NCBI RefSeq assembly: GCF_030028105.1
Contig: NC_092383.1
Location: forward strand, 97,053,604-97,117,603
Length of the DNA: 64,000 nt
DNA from: Mobula birostris
Lineage: Eukaryota
Direction: 5' to 3'
The stretch's first letter is position 1. Every line of letters begins with the position of its first letter. The notes below the pieces were generated by a model that searched no databases, was not told where the DNA came from, and was given only the letters and a program-made list of their open reading frames with translations. This document shows, in pieces, positions 51,701 through 64,000 of the stretch. The translations under genes were made by a program, and so were the position numbers.

Positions 51701-51864
51701 GCAAGTGGATCTGACACCCTGTCATTGAGGCTGGTATTTGGGAGAGGGAGAGAGAGAGCGGGTGGGCAGGGAGGTGACAACTGGGATGGGAGAGAGGGGT
51801 TAGATGGGGTAAAGTGGAAATAGTTTCAGTACAGACGCTGTCACCTCTGCTTTCTGTCCTACAG

Positions 51865-51923
51865 ACCCACTGGAGACAGGTATCATTTACACAGATCTTC
51901 AGAAGAATCGCAGCGTCAAATAG
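51865..51923 (+). CDS. Terminal cytoplasmic exon with ITIM (IIYTDL)
   Basis: Acceptor tttctgtcctacag; phase 1: DPLETGIIYTDLQKNRSVK-stop; fits I/V/L/S-x-Y-x-x-L/V. Confidence 0.75.
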
Positions 51924-53798
51924 CACCGAAACCGGCCCTTTGATCCATGAGTGAACACCGATCATCAAACACCACTTTACAGCAATACCATTTCATTCAT
52001 CCCATCACCTCCCCCACATTCTACCCCGCACCCTCTCAGTGGGGGCAATTTATAGTGGTCAATTAACCCACCACCCTTGTATCTTTGGAATCTGGGAGGA
52101 AATGGGAGCACCTGGGGTAAACTGAGCCTTCACTGGGAGAACATGCAAACTCCATACAGATGGAATCTAAAACCAGGTTTAAACTGCGTTTGCTGAAGTT
52201 GTGAGACAGCAGAACTTCCTGCTGCCCACCTGTATGTGTTTTCTCTCTCACTCCAGAGACAACTGGACTCCAGCACCATTTTCTGTTTCACAGCCTCAAC
52301 CACTTCCTGCCACCATGTTACAACTTTGCAAGACTTTCACCAAGGTCACACACTTCTTGTGTCGCTGAAACCCTTCATTCGTATTCTCTGCCTTGTCGAT
52401 TAAACTGTTGTGTTTTGATTTCAGTGGCTCTGTTTCATCTGACTGACCTGTGCCAGCCTCTCACTGGATCTGGCACAAGGCCACAAACAGTATTAATTTA
52501 TTGCTCTTGCCCCATGTCACTTCCTTTGTTCAACCCAGTTCATCCAAATACGCAGCTCAGTCTTCCTCAGGTCACACAGGCTGTTTCTTTGATAAGCCTG
52601 TCAGTCCGACAAAATCAAAAACAGCTTTTTATTTGGAAATTATCCCTTATTTATCAGATTGTCAACCCCACTGCATCTACTTTTTGCTGCTCTGATCAAA
52701 CCGTCCCCGGGGAGGAGCCAGCTCACAAAATGGTGGCCGCAGCGAAGACACATAAACTGGCTGCCTCCATTCCTTCCACTACAAGAATATATTTGTTTTT
52801 ACTGCTTCCCCTGTCCCTGGCTCATTTGGTGTTCTAAAGTTTTTTAATCCCTTCATGACTGACAATCCACAGGGCCAGCATTCAATCCCTTGGGTTGTTG
52901 TAGGAAAGCTTCAGACTTCGGAGAGATGAGATTGTTTCGTCAGGTGGGCAGAGGAAGAGGCAAATGGAGAATAAAATGGAGTTTGTGTTGGATCAGGGTA
53001 AATGGGCGTTCCTCTGTTTGGAGGCTGTGTCCTCTGGTCCTACACTCCTTCACCATAAGAAGTGTCCTCTTACGTCCTCTGTCGCGGTATTTCAACATTC
53101 GATAGGTTTCAATGAAATTTCCACTCATTCTTCCAAATTTCAGTGAGTACAGGCCCAGAGCCATCAAATGCTCCTCATATGCTCTACAACATGAAATCCT
53201 TGAAAGTGAGTCCATAGGTTGTGGAATCAATTCAGAGTGGCGGTGTGTGAAGTTATCCACGCTGGTTCAGGAGTCTGATGTGTAACTGTTCCTGAACCTG
53301 GTGGTGTGGAACCTGAGGTCCGTACCTCCTTTCTGACAGCAGCAATGAAAGGAGATTATGGACTGGATGGTTGGGGTCCTTGATGATGCACGTTGCTTTC
53401 TTGTCGCAGTGCTCCTTGTAGATCTGCTCAGTGGTGGGGAGGGTTTTTCTTGTGATGGACTGGGCCATATCCACCACTTTATGTTGGCTTTTCTGTTCTT
53501 TTGGTCAGGACTGCGGTGATGAGATAAAAGATCAGTCAGAGTCTCATTGATTGTGGAGCAGGAACAAGGGGCCAAAAATCCTTCTGATTTTATTGTTCTT
53601 ATTTGGTGTGAGGTGAAATACTGACATCAGTCAGTCCGCTCGTGACATCGAGCGCTGTGGCTTTCTGCTTGTGATCACACCTCTGTACTTCACCTTTTGC
53701 ACAACACCTACTTTCTTGTCGACTGCTCTTCACAACGTACCGAATAGGAGAGGAAGCTTTGTGCAGCCCACCAACGTCTATACTGTTCTGTGAGAACA

Positions 53799-53853
53799 AT
53801 GAACACCAGGCATCTGCTGATCACCTGCTGGCTAACTCTCTGTGCTTCACTCT
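53799..53853 (+). CDS. Signal-peptide exon, copy B (canonical T|gtaagt donor)
   Basis: MNTRHLLITCWLTLCASL + 1 nt (phase 1), ACAATG start. Confidence 0.7.
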
Positions 53854-55416
53854 GTAAGTTTGATTCAGAGCAAGTCTTTGTCTTTAACATCCTTCTCTCC
53901 AGGTTCGCTGTTACTTTCTGGACTTGGGCATCTCTGGGTCCCACACTACCAGGGCATGGAGAGTGTAGATTGGACGCAGTGAAGCTGCCTCTCCTGTCAC
54001 ACTCTCATAAAACACGAGTTTGACATAGAGAGCAAGAAATGTTTGGTTACTGGTGGGTATTGGGACAGAGGATTGGATTTTTCTGTAGCCACAGAACCAT
54101 CTTGCTTCTAATTCTGGAAACGGAGCTTGAGAAACAGGTATCAGTTGTTCACAGGATTGGGAAGGATTGGCAGGGATGTGGAATTGAGTACATGTGACCC
54201 AGGATCCCTTAGAACCCAGGAACTGGGATCTGGTCTGGAGATGTTTCATGGGAAAAGATCCTGATGGGGAATCGCTGTAGGAATGGTGGATGGTGGGGGC
54301 AGGAAGTGGTGGGTGTGGGGGGCACTGGAATGGAGAAAGAGAGTAGAAATTGTTAACAGTCATCTCCCTTTTTGGCACCCAAGTGCTGGTTTTCACTCTC
54401 TCTCGGCAGACAGACTGTCGATCTGTCAATAACTCAAATCACAATAATGGACATACAAACATTGAGAGAGAATGATAAAGAAAATCCTGATATCATTGCC
54501 GGAAACGGTTGTTAACCTGCAGAATTAGTCATAAGCCTGAGGATTGAGATTGATTACGAACACAGCAAAGGGTAACAGATAAATCACTGAAGAAAGTGAA
54601 AATGGAAAGTTGAAGGATATTAAAAACAGACTGTGAGAGCCGGAATCAGGACATGAAACAAACACAGCAGCAGGTACAACTGTAGTTCCCTTACAGACAG
54701 ACGTGGGTCTTTGTAATGGGGAATGAAGGAACTGTAGAGGAAATAACCATGGCTTTTTGTGTGTCTTTGTGGAACACACAAAAACCTGCCAGAAGTACAG
54801 GATAGACAAGTGTTGAATGCTAGTGTAGAAATAAAATCAATTCAGCGTCAATGATGAAATAACATCATGAAAATGGATAATTGACACAGGCCTGATGATC
54901 TCCATCCCGGAGTCTGTGGCAAGGTGTCAGTAGAGTTACTCAACTTCCTGGTTATCATCTGGCAAACTCTACAGTTTCAGGAATGGTTCCTACAGACTGT
55001 TTCAAAAAGGAGGGAGAGAGAGAAAACTGGGAACCACACATCTCCCCAGCTGACACTGAGAGCGGGGACAATGTTGGAATCTGTGATAATGGGTGAGAAA
55101 TGGAAGCTGAAGGGGAATTATCACAAAGATTCACCAGACTGGTTTGTGATGTGGTGGGTCTGACATGTCACTAGTGTGGGTAATAGACTAGGTCTTTATT
55201 CAAAAAGTTCAAAATAAGTTTTATCAGAGTAGAGATATGTCACCACATACAACCCTGAGATTCTTTCTCTGTGGGCATACTTAGCAAATCTATAGAACAG
55301 TAACTGTAAACAGGATCAATAGACAACGAACTGTGAAAATGCAAATATAAATAAATATCAATAAATAACCTGTTCTTGAACCTGGTGGTGTAGGTCCTGA
55401 GGCACTTGTACCTTCT

Positions 55417-58239
55417 GTTAAAGCTTTTTTTTATGGAAAAAAGAAAGAAAGAATAAAAGAACTCCTACTATCTAAAACAGGAAAAAAACCCTAATAACAA
55501 AAAAACGGGAAAAAAAAACATTTGGAGCACAATCCCGGAACTGTACGCCATACAAGCCTCCATTAAAAAAATGACATCAATCTGCCAACCAAATCCATAT
55601 ACCCAAGCATCAGAAAAGGACCATCTTTATTAACTCAAATCAAATGATAATAACAGGCAAAAGAACCCCACCTTTTCTCGAAATCAAATCTAGGATCAAA
55701 AGTTCGACTTCTAATTTTCTCCAAACTAAGACATAACATCACCTGAGAGAACCATTGTATCAAAGTGGGAGCAGAGGCATCTTTCCATTTTAATAAAATA
55801 GCCCTTCTGGCCAATAATGTGACAAATGCAATTAGGTGTTGGTCTGATATAGAAATACTGTGCATATGTTGAGGAATTATACCAAACAAAACTGTCAATT
55901 TATTAGGTTGTAAATTGATTTTTAAAGCTTTAGAAATTGTAGAAAAAATAGATTTCCAAAATTGTTTCAATACAGAACACGACCAGAACTTATGTGTTAA
56001 TGTAGCTATCTCAGTTTTGCATCTATCATACTGACTATTTACATTAGGAAATATTTTAGACGATCTCTCCTTTGTCAAATAATAACGATGTACAACTTTA
56101 AATTGAATGAGAAAATGACTGGCACAAATCGAGGAAGAGTTAAACAGCTTCAAAATTCGCAACCAATCCTCTGTTATCAAGGTCATGTTAAGCTCTCTTT
56201 CCCAATCTTGCTTAATCTTAAGTAAAGGATAGTTATCCTGTTGTAATAGTAAATTATAAATTTTCCCAATAAAACCTTTCACTAAAGGGTTCATTTTTAA
56301 AATAATGTCTAACAGGTCAGAGTCTTGTATATATGGAAAATTACTTAAATATCTTGTAAGAAATGTCTGCCCTGAAGATACTGCAAAAAATGTGAATATG
56401 AGAGAGAGTATTTAGTCACTAATTTCTCAAAGGACATCAATTGACCTTCTTGAAACAAATCCATAAAGGAAAAAATTCCTTTATTCCTCCAAAGAGAAAA
56501 GGTAGGATCACTAAGTGAAGGTTTAAATAAATAGTTTCGATAAATTAAACTAAAAAGGTTAAACTTTTGAAGATTAAAAAACTTACGAAACTGGTACCAG
56601 ATTCGTAATGATTGATTAATCATAGGATTTATATTTAGAATAGACATTTTGGCTAATTGTACAGGTAAAGGAGCTCCTAATAACAAAGTTACATGAAATT
56701 GTTTCACAATTTTCAATTCCAAATCAACCCAAGATGGTCGTTCCTTTTTTTCGGTCCAATATAACCAAGAACACGCATAACATATATTAACCGTCCAATA
56801 ATACATTCTTAAATTAGGCGAAGTAAGACCTCCATCCTTTTTTAATTTTTGTAAATAACATTTTCCAATTCTTGGTCTTTTATTATTCCAAACAAAAGAT
56901 GAAATAATAGGGTCAACCTGATCAAAAAACTTCTTAGTTAGAAAAATAGGAATATATTGAAATACATATAAAAATTTTGGTAAAATCATCGTTTTAATTG
57001 CATGAATTCCACCTGCTAACGAAAGTGTAAGTGGATTCCATCTTGAAAAAAATTGCTTCATAAAATCCACCAAGGGAACTAAATTAGCTCTATAAAGGTC
57101 TCCATAATTCTTAGTGATGATAATACCTAAATATTTAAAAGAATCCGTAACTTTTAGAGGAATGTCATCATAGATAGAAGCAGAATCATTTAAAGGAAAT
57201 AATTCACTTTTATGCAGGTTTAATTTATATCCTGAAAACAATCCAAATTCATTTAATAGTTTCAATAAACTAGGAATAGATTCTTCGGGATTCGAAACAT
57301 AAACCAAAAGATCATCCGCATAAAGAGAGATCTTATGAATAGTGTCATTTATAGAAATTCCTTGAATATTTTTAGCTTCACGAAGTGCAATACCCAAGGG
57401 TTCCAACATCAAATTAAATAACACAGGGCTTAACGGACATCCTTGTCTCGTACCCTGGGAAAGTTGGAAAAAGGGGGATCTACAGTTATTAATAATAACA
57501 GTGGCAATAGGGTTTTTATATATCAATCTAATCCATTTATTAAAATTAGTACCAAAGCTAAATTTCTCTAAAACTTTAAATAGATATTTCCATTCAACTC
57601 TATCAAATGCCCTTTCAGCATCTAGAGAAACAACACATTGGGGAGTCTTAGAGAGGGATGAGTATATAATATTTAACAATCTCCGAGTGTTAGATAAAGA
57701 ATAACGGCCTTTGTTAAAACCTGTTTGATCCTGAGAAATAATTTTAGCTAGTATATTCTCCATCTGATTAGCCATTATTTTTGAAAGAATTTTGGCATCC
57801 ACATTTAATAATGAAATAGGTCTATATGAAGCACAATCAGTGGGGTCTTTATCTTTCTTACGAATTAAAGAAATAGAAGCTTCATAAGATGTGGAAGGTA
57901 ACTCTCCAAGCAGAAAAGAATCTTTAAGCATTTCCACAATATAAGGAGTAGGCAAATCTTGAAATGTTTTAATAAAATCCTACCGTAAAACCATCCAATC
58001 CAGGAGCTTTACCAGATTGCATTGAAAGAATAGCTTTCTGAATTTCTCTTTCAGTAAAAGGAACATCAAGAATTTACTGATCTTCAACAGATATTCTAGG
58101 AAAATCAGTCTTTTGTAAAAAGGTATACATATTAGAAGGGTCAGCTGGAAACTGAGATTTATAGAGTTCACTGTAATAGTCTTGAAAAATTTTATTAATA
58201 TTATTAATTTAGTTATTTATAAATTAATTTAATTTTTAT
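55417..58239 (-). mobile_element. 5'-truncated L1-clade LINE, specific to copy B
   Basis: RT ORF 56345-57955 (YRPISLLNVD, SLDAERAFDRV, QGCPLSP, YADDLL) and Cys-containing C-terminus 55635-56294; TSD TTGTACCTTCT at 55406-55416 and 58240-58250; empty site near 45802. Confidence 0.95.
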
Positions 58240-60490
58240 TTGTACCTTCTACCTGATGACAGCAGTGAGAAAAGAGCATGGCCTGGGTGGTGAGGATCTT
58301 TGATTATGGCAATGTTTCATGTAGAAGCTTTCAGTGGCTGGGAAGGTTTTATCCATGATGTACTGGACCGAATTCACTACCTTTTGTAGGATTTTCTGTT
58401 CAAATACATGGTGTTCCCATACCAGGTCATTACGAAGCCAGCCGGCATACTGTGGTAAATCACTGGGATTCTCTGGTGACCTGGAAATTCTTCTTTCATT
58501 GATAGATTTCTAGATATTAAGGAGATCAAGGAAAATGGCAAGAAAATGTTTTAGTCAGGAGCAGTTGAATATGTTGTGTGGTTCAATAGTGGCACGTCCG
58601 CTTCCTGCTCCTGCTCGTCATGTTGACACGAGCTCAGCAAAGTGTTTGTGAAACCGGATCACAAAGTGTAACAACAGAGCAGAGAGTGTGAGTGTTTGCA
58701 AGTGAGTGTGTCTGCGTCTCTGTGTCTGTGTGTGTGCACATGTGCGCATTTGTGTGTGCGTCTGTACGTGTGTGAGTGTGCACATGTGTGTAAGCATGCA
58801 CAATTGTCTGTGTGTGTGTGTTTCTGTGTGTCAGTTTGTGTGTGTTTCTGTGTCTGGGTGTGTGTGTGCGAGAGAGAGAAAGAACATGTATCACACAATG
58901 GGAAACTTGAGTAAGGTGTATGTGTCAGAGCTATGGGTTGTTTTTAAAGAAGAAAGGGATTTTATCAGTTTGTATGTGGATTGTATTTTCTCAGTGTCAC
59001 CTCACGGGTATGTAGTGTTCCGTCAATTGTGAACTTTTCGTGTCTAACGGTTTGTCTTTGAACAAAGTGTGTTTTCGCTTTGTGTTCAGTGTCTCATTTG
59101 GGGTCACAGGGATTGTTAATTTCTCTTTGTATTGATCACTTTTATTCAATTTGGGTTGACGTGCTTTCTTGGTCACTGTGTGAGTTGGAGAGACCAGGAG
59201 ACTATGCTGTTGATAAGGATGTCTGCTTTAAATCTGTCAACCATCTCTACAGTAGCTGTTTTGATCAGGACAAGGTTGTCTACACACACACACTTCCTTG
59301 GGTCACCAACGAGTTCTTCTGTCTTGATTATGTTGAGGTCTATGTTGTTCTGACACCATGACAAAAGCATCATGATCACTTTCCTGCAGAGTGAACTCTC
59401 ACATATGATCTTCAGAAGTTTGTTCAGATTTAGACAAATTCAGTTTGTACTCCTCCTGGTTATCGAGACCCCTCTCCCCTTTCTTGTTGCTCCTCTTCAA
59501 CCTTCCAGATTTCCCAGCATTGCGGTCCTCCTCCCAACAAAGTTTTATCGAATTTAAACTCAGTCTACCTCCCTCGTGATTGGATTCAGTGGAATTCTGA
59601 TCACAGTCTGCTCCAGTGGAACAGTGCTCTCCTTCTCCAGTACTAATGCCAGTGCCACAGGAGCTGAAAGCCACACCAGGCTCTGAGTCACTCCTCCCTG
59701 ATCCCACTAATTGCGTTATGATGTGTTTGTGGGTGGGTAATAATACAAAGATTAAGACATTTATGGAGAAGTAAAAACTATAGGAAAAGTGGGTGTGGGG
59801 GTGTCTCTGACAGGGTGCCATGGGGATAAGCTGGCTACAAGATTATCTGGTCAATGGGTGATTGGGAGCAGTTGGAACAAGGAGAACATGGACAAAAGGA
59901 GATTGACGACAATGTATAGACGTGAACTATTCAACAGGAAGCCTGGTCCGGTAGGTCAGGCTAGACACCATCTCCACTACCACATCCAGCTAGATTCTCT
60001 TACACTCTTCTTAAGCCAATCACCCCTGGTGGGGCACAGGCTGCTGACAGCAGCTCACTAGACACCTCTATCCATCTAAACAGGGAATTCTGACCCTCTC
60101 GGACAACAGAAACTGTAGCATTGGACTGTTCACCCTCTTTGCTCCAAGGTCTGATGAGGAGTGGCAGAGTCCTCATAGACAGACTCTAACTGGGACTCCA
60201 CCCTCACCACCTGACACTGGAGGTCCAGGCAACAGGTGAGGGTCGGACAGTGCAGAGTGTACAGGAGCAGCCGGTGCAAGGATCCCCTGGGGACGGGAGG
60301 TGCAGCCTGTGGGACATTTCCCAGAGACGGCTCAAGTTGTGCTGAACCAGCTCTGGAGGAGAGCTTGGGGGACCCAAATCCAGGGACAATTCCGGCTGAG
60401 TGGTGGTCACCGTGAGTCCAATCAGTCGACTTCCTGACCCCAGCACACTCACAGTGAGGGTATCACAGTATCTCACCCCAAACTTCCTAG

Positions 60491-63075
60491 TGTGAAGTAC
60501 CCCTATGAACTGTGTTTTTGAAAAGAGAGAGAGAGAGAGTTATTTACCACCAATAGCTTATTTGTAAATGGGAGAGAGAGAGAGAGAGAGAAAGACGAAG
60601 ACTCACTGTGGGACTGTCACTTTAAGGAACGAGAAAGAACTGGTTAACTGTTGGATTTCTGCTGGAGTTGGACACAGCACCGAGCAGCTCATAAGTTGCT
60701 ATGGTGACCGAAGGCGGTGTTATTTAATGGACACTCAATGTTATGATTTTTGGCAGGTTGTTGATACTTCTTCAAGGACTTTTTGCCTGTTTACATTTCT
60801 TCACAGAGAGAAGAAGGAGGAGTTATTTGAGTGACAGTTGATGCTCAGCACGAGAAGATAAATAGGAGGTCAGATGATACAGACCTCAGACACATGTTTG
60901 GACACTGAATGAACATTGTTGTGCCTGCAGAAAAAGTGGGTGTTGGAAGATCGATCAGGCGGATCGATTCATCACTCTTGTAGTGAAAAGAGGAAAGGGG
61001 TTGACTGGTGGGGAGTTGTCCATGTGTCCACCCTGGCCTGGGGCATAGCTCCACCACAGAAAACCAGTCCCCTTTGTTAAAGTCACAGTCAGTGACTTTG
61101 AAAGGATTTCGAAGGACAACGAGAAGATCGACGGCGTCAGCTCAGCTGAAGATTCAAATCTCTCCCTCTCTCTCTCTCTCCATCACAACTCAACTCAATA
61201 TCATGAACTGAACTGACCTTACTCATCATCGTAAGACTGTATTTTTTTACCGCTAGACTTAAAGAAGCTTGGTTTTTCATACATATATTTCCACACTTAC
61301 TGATACTTACTTATATAAGTAATCATTGCTAATCTGTTTGATCTATTTACATTTATATTACTGTATTGCATAGTCACTAATAAATATTATTAGTTTATAG
61401 CAATACTTGATGCCAAAGTGCTTTCCATCTCTGCTGGTTCTTTATTCCTGTCACGGGGTTCGTGACATAAATTGGGGGCTCGTCTGGGATATGAACAAAT
61501 TGATCGAGAGGCTGGTTTGAATTGATTGGGGGAAAATCCCTCTTGATTTGGTTGTGTAGAAATACAGCAGAAATAGACGTTAGTGTTGTGGAGTTTATGT
61601 TGGAACCAACCCCAGAAGCGTTGGATGATGCTATGAGGGTTGTGCGGTTGGGAATTGCTCAAAAGTTAAAACTAAAGGTGACCACTATAATGAGGAAAGC
61701 TCAGATGCAGATGATAATAGCCCAGCATTATATAGATAAGGGAACGTTTGATGAGGAGGCGTTAGAGTTGTTCGTGGAAGGTGAATCTGCTGAGGATGAG
61801 CTTCAGCTTCAGTTGGAAAAATTAAGAATGGAGCATGAATTGAAATTAAAACAATTCAAGAAAGAAGCTAGAGAGGCAGCAAGACACAGAGAAGAGGCAG
61901 GAAGACAGAGACAGCTCGAAAGGGAGAAATGCCAATGTGAAGATCATGTGGCAGGAAGACAGAGACAGTTTAAAAGGGAGAGGTGGCAGCAAAGAGGTTT
62001 AGTGTCGGACGCTGATGATTTTTACAGCTTGGAAGGGCTTGTTTTGTGTGATGAATTGAAAAGTTGTGTTCCTGATGAGGTAAGGATACCCAGATGCAGA
62101 GGACGCCGCTACCTTGCAGGGGTTTGATAAGAAAACAGACAAAATTGTTTTAACCCACGAGGTTGAGTTTATTCCAGAAAAGAGTTTGCCAGAGAATAGC
62201 TGTGAGGCTCGGGGTGAGCTTGAATTTGAAACTGGGACAAGTGATGACAGCCCAGAAGAGGCAGCTGTTCCGATTGACTGTGTTCAGGTTGTGGAAGTAC
62301 CTGTGAGTTCACAGGGTTCTGAACCTTGTGTTAAAGCTCAGTTAAAGTCTGAAGTGTTGAACAAGGAATTAGAAACAAGAAAGAACAAAAAAAGAGAATG
62401 GATGATTGTATTGATAGAGTGAGGAAGGCTAAATACCTTATTAAGATAGACCTGTTAAAAGGATGCTGGGGTGTTCCTTTAACAGAGAGGGCTAAAGAGA
62501 TATCAGTATTTGTGACACCGTCTAGACTGTATGAGTACAATGTCTTACACTTCGAGATGAAAAGTGCAGCTGGGACATTTCAAAGAATGATCAATTCTGT
62601 GATTGGAGAGTTAGAGAGCACAGGGGTTTATATCAAAGATTTGGTGGTCTGGAATGTCACATGGGAAGAGCATATTGCAGTGGTAGAAAAACTGTTTGAC
62701 AGACTTTCCAAGGCCAATCTTACTGTGAACCTCGCTAAAAGTGAGTTTGGCTATGACACAGTTACATATCTGGGTTATGTGGTGGGCCAAGGCCAGCTGG
62801 CTTCTGTACAGGCCAATGTTCAAGCTATTGCTGAGGTTCCTGTTCTGACTGGCAAGAAAACTTTGAGAAGGATTTTAGGAATGGTTGGGTATTACTGTAA
62901 GTGTTGTAAGAACTTTGCTGACATTGCTCTCTCCCTAACAAAACTCCTGGGGAAATGTGAAAGATTTGTATGGAATGACCTTTGCCAGGAAGCATTTGAA
63001 CATTTGGAAACCATCCTGTGTTATCATCCTGTGCTCAAAGCACTTGATTTTTTCAAAGCCATTTTCTATAGCAGC
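60491..63075 (+). mobile_element. Gypsy LTR retrotransposon (Gmr1-like), degenerate: 5' LTR 60491-61467, PBS, gag, RT
   Basis: TGTGA...GTGACA LTR; PBS TGGGGGCTCGTCTGGGAT at 61473-61490; coiled-coil gag with LEGLVLCDELKSCVPDEV; RT DDCIDRV...KIDLLKG.W...FQRMIN. Confidence 0.88.
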
Positions 63076-64000
63076 TGATTGGGCAGTCGAGGTCAGGTAA
63101 CCAAACATTTGGAAAGGCTCAAACAGATAAATAGAGGGATAGCTCAAGCGAAGCGGCCAGTGGAAAGTGGCCAGAGCGTGAGTGGGCCAGTGAAGGAGTG
63201 GAGCTTTGAGGCTTTGACTCGAGAGGCTTCGACGAGAAGAGGCCGAGGACAAGCTAGCTCGCAGTTAGTTTTTACAATGTCTCCTGAGACAGTGATGTGC
63301 CTCTCATGTGAGATGTGGCAGTCTTGGGGGAACGCCCCTCTCCCGCAGATTCACATCTGCCAGAAGTGCATACGGCTGGGCGATCTGGAAGACCGTGTAA
63401 GGAATCTGGAGCAGCAGCTGGATGACCTTCGACTCATAAGGGAGAATGAGGCAGCCATAGATGAGAGCTACAGGGAGGTAGTCACACCTAGGCTGTCGGA
63501 AGCAGGTCGTTGGGTGACAGTCAGAGGGGGGAAAGCGAAGGTGAGCAGACAGGTAGAGCAGAGCACCCCTGTAGCCATTCCCCTGAATAATAAGTATACC
63601 ATCCTGGATACTGTTGGTGGGGATGACCGACCAGGTGTGAGCCACGGTGGCAGGGCCTCCGGCACTGAGTCTGACCCTGTGGAGTAGAAGGGTGGGACAG
63701 AGAAGAGGAGAGCTGTCGTCATTGGAGACTCTATAGTCAGGGGAGCAGACAGGAGATTTTGTGGACATGAGAAGGACACCCGCATGGTTTGTTGCCTCCC
63801 GGGTGCCAGGGTCCGGGATGTCTCTGACCGGGTGCACGACATTCTGGTGCGAGAGGGAAAGCAACCAGAAGTCGTGATACATGTTGGGACCAACGACATA
63901 GGCAGGAAGAGGGATGAGGTCCTGAAGTGTGAGTTTCGGGAACTAGGCAGAAGGCTGAAGAACAGGACCTCAAGGGTGACGTTCTCAGGATTGCTGCCAG
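63076..64000 (+). mobile_element. CR1 LINE 5' UTR + ORF1 (zinc finger, coiled coil, SGNH esterase), nested in the Gypsy; runs off the window
   Basis: ATG 63277: CLSCEMW...HICQKC...VIGDSIVRG...VCCLPGARVRDV...HVGTND; one stop at 63685. Confidence 0.9.

Larger units (their letters stand above)
51915..60490 (+). repeat. Tandem segmental duplication, copy B
   Basis: Paralogue of 38870-47637; homology stops at a Gypsy LTR at 60491. Confidence 0.95.

Noticed and set aside
51483-51968. 161-aa minus-strand ORF
   Set aside because: Antisense shadow of the + strand TM and ITIM exons, which have proper splice sites.

Overview
Vertebrate genomic DNA, most likely a cartilaginous fish (ray or shark; inferred from the CR1, Rex1, Penelope and SINE repertoire). 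It is dominated by decayed retroelements, with one assembly gap at 31115-31753. The host content is a + strand cluster of CD2/SLAM-type immunoglobulin-superfamily receptor genes. Gene 1 has intact, phase-compatible exons: Cys-less IgV (10570-10890), four-Cys IgC2 (15957-16244), TM with a CxCxC stalk (17384-17482) and a short Tyr-free tail (20212-20261); I see no leader exon for it. Two more C2 paralogues are present: one disrupted (28773) and one with a 1-nt frameshift (48114). Downstream lie unrelated membrane modules: a Lys-containing TM with a short tail (38748-38905), and an Arg-containing TM (GC-AG intron) followed by an ITIM exon (51551-51923). Together these suggest a paired activating/inhibitory receptor family evolving by birth and death. 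A tandem segmental duplication (38870-47637 / 51915-60490) carries signal-peptide exons, and each copy has its own TSD-flanked LINE. Other elements: Tc1 and Chapaev3-type DNA transposons, a miniature Gypsy element with a palindromic end, a Gmr1-like Gypsy with a tRNA-Pro PBS, Penelope inserts, and an orphan CpG-rich first exon resembling a mitochondrial presequence.
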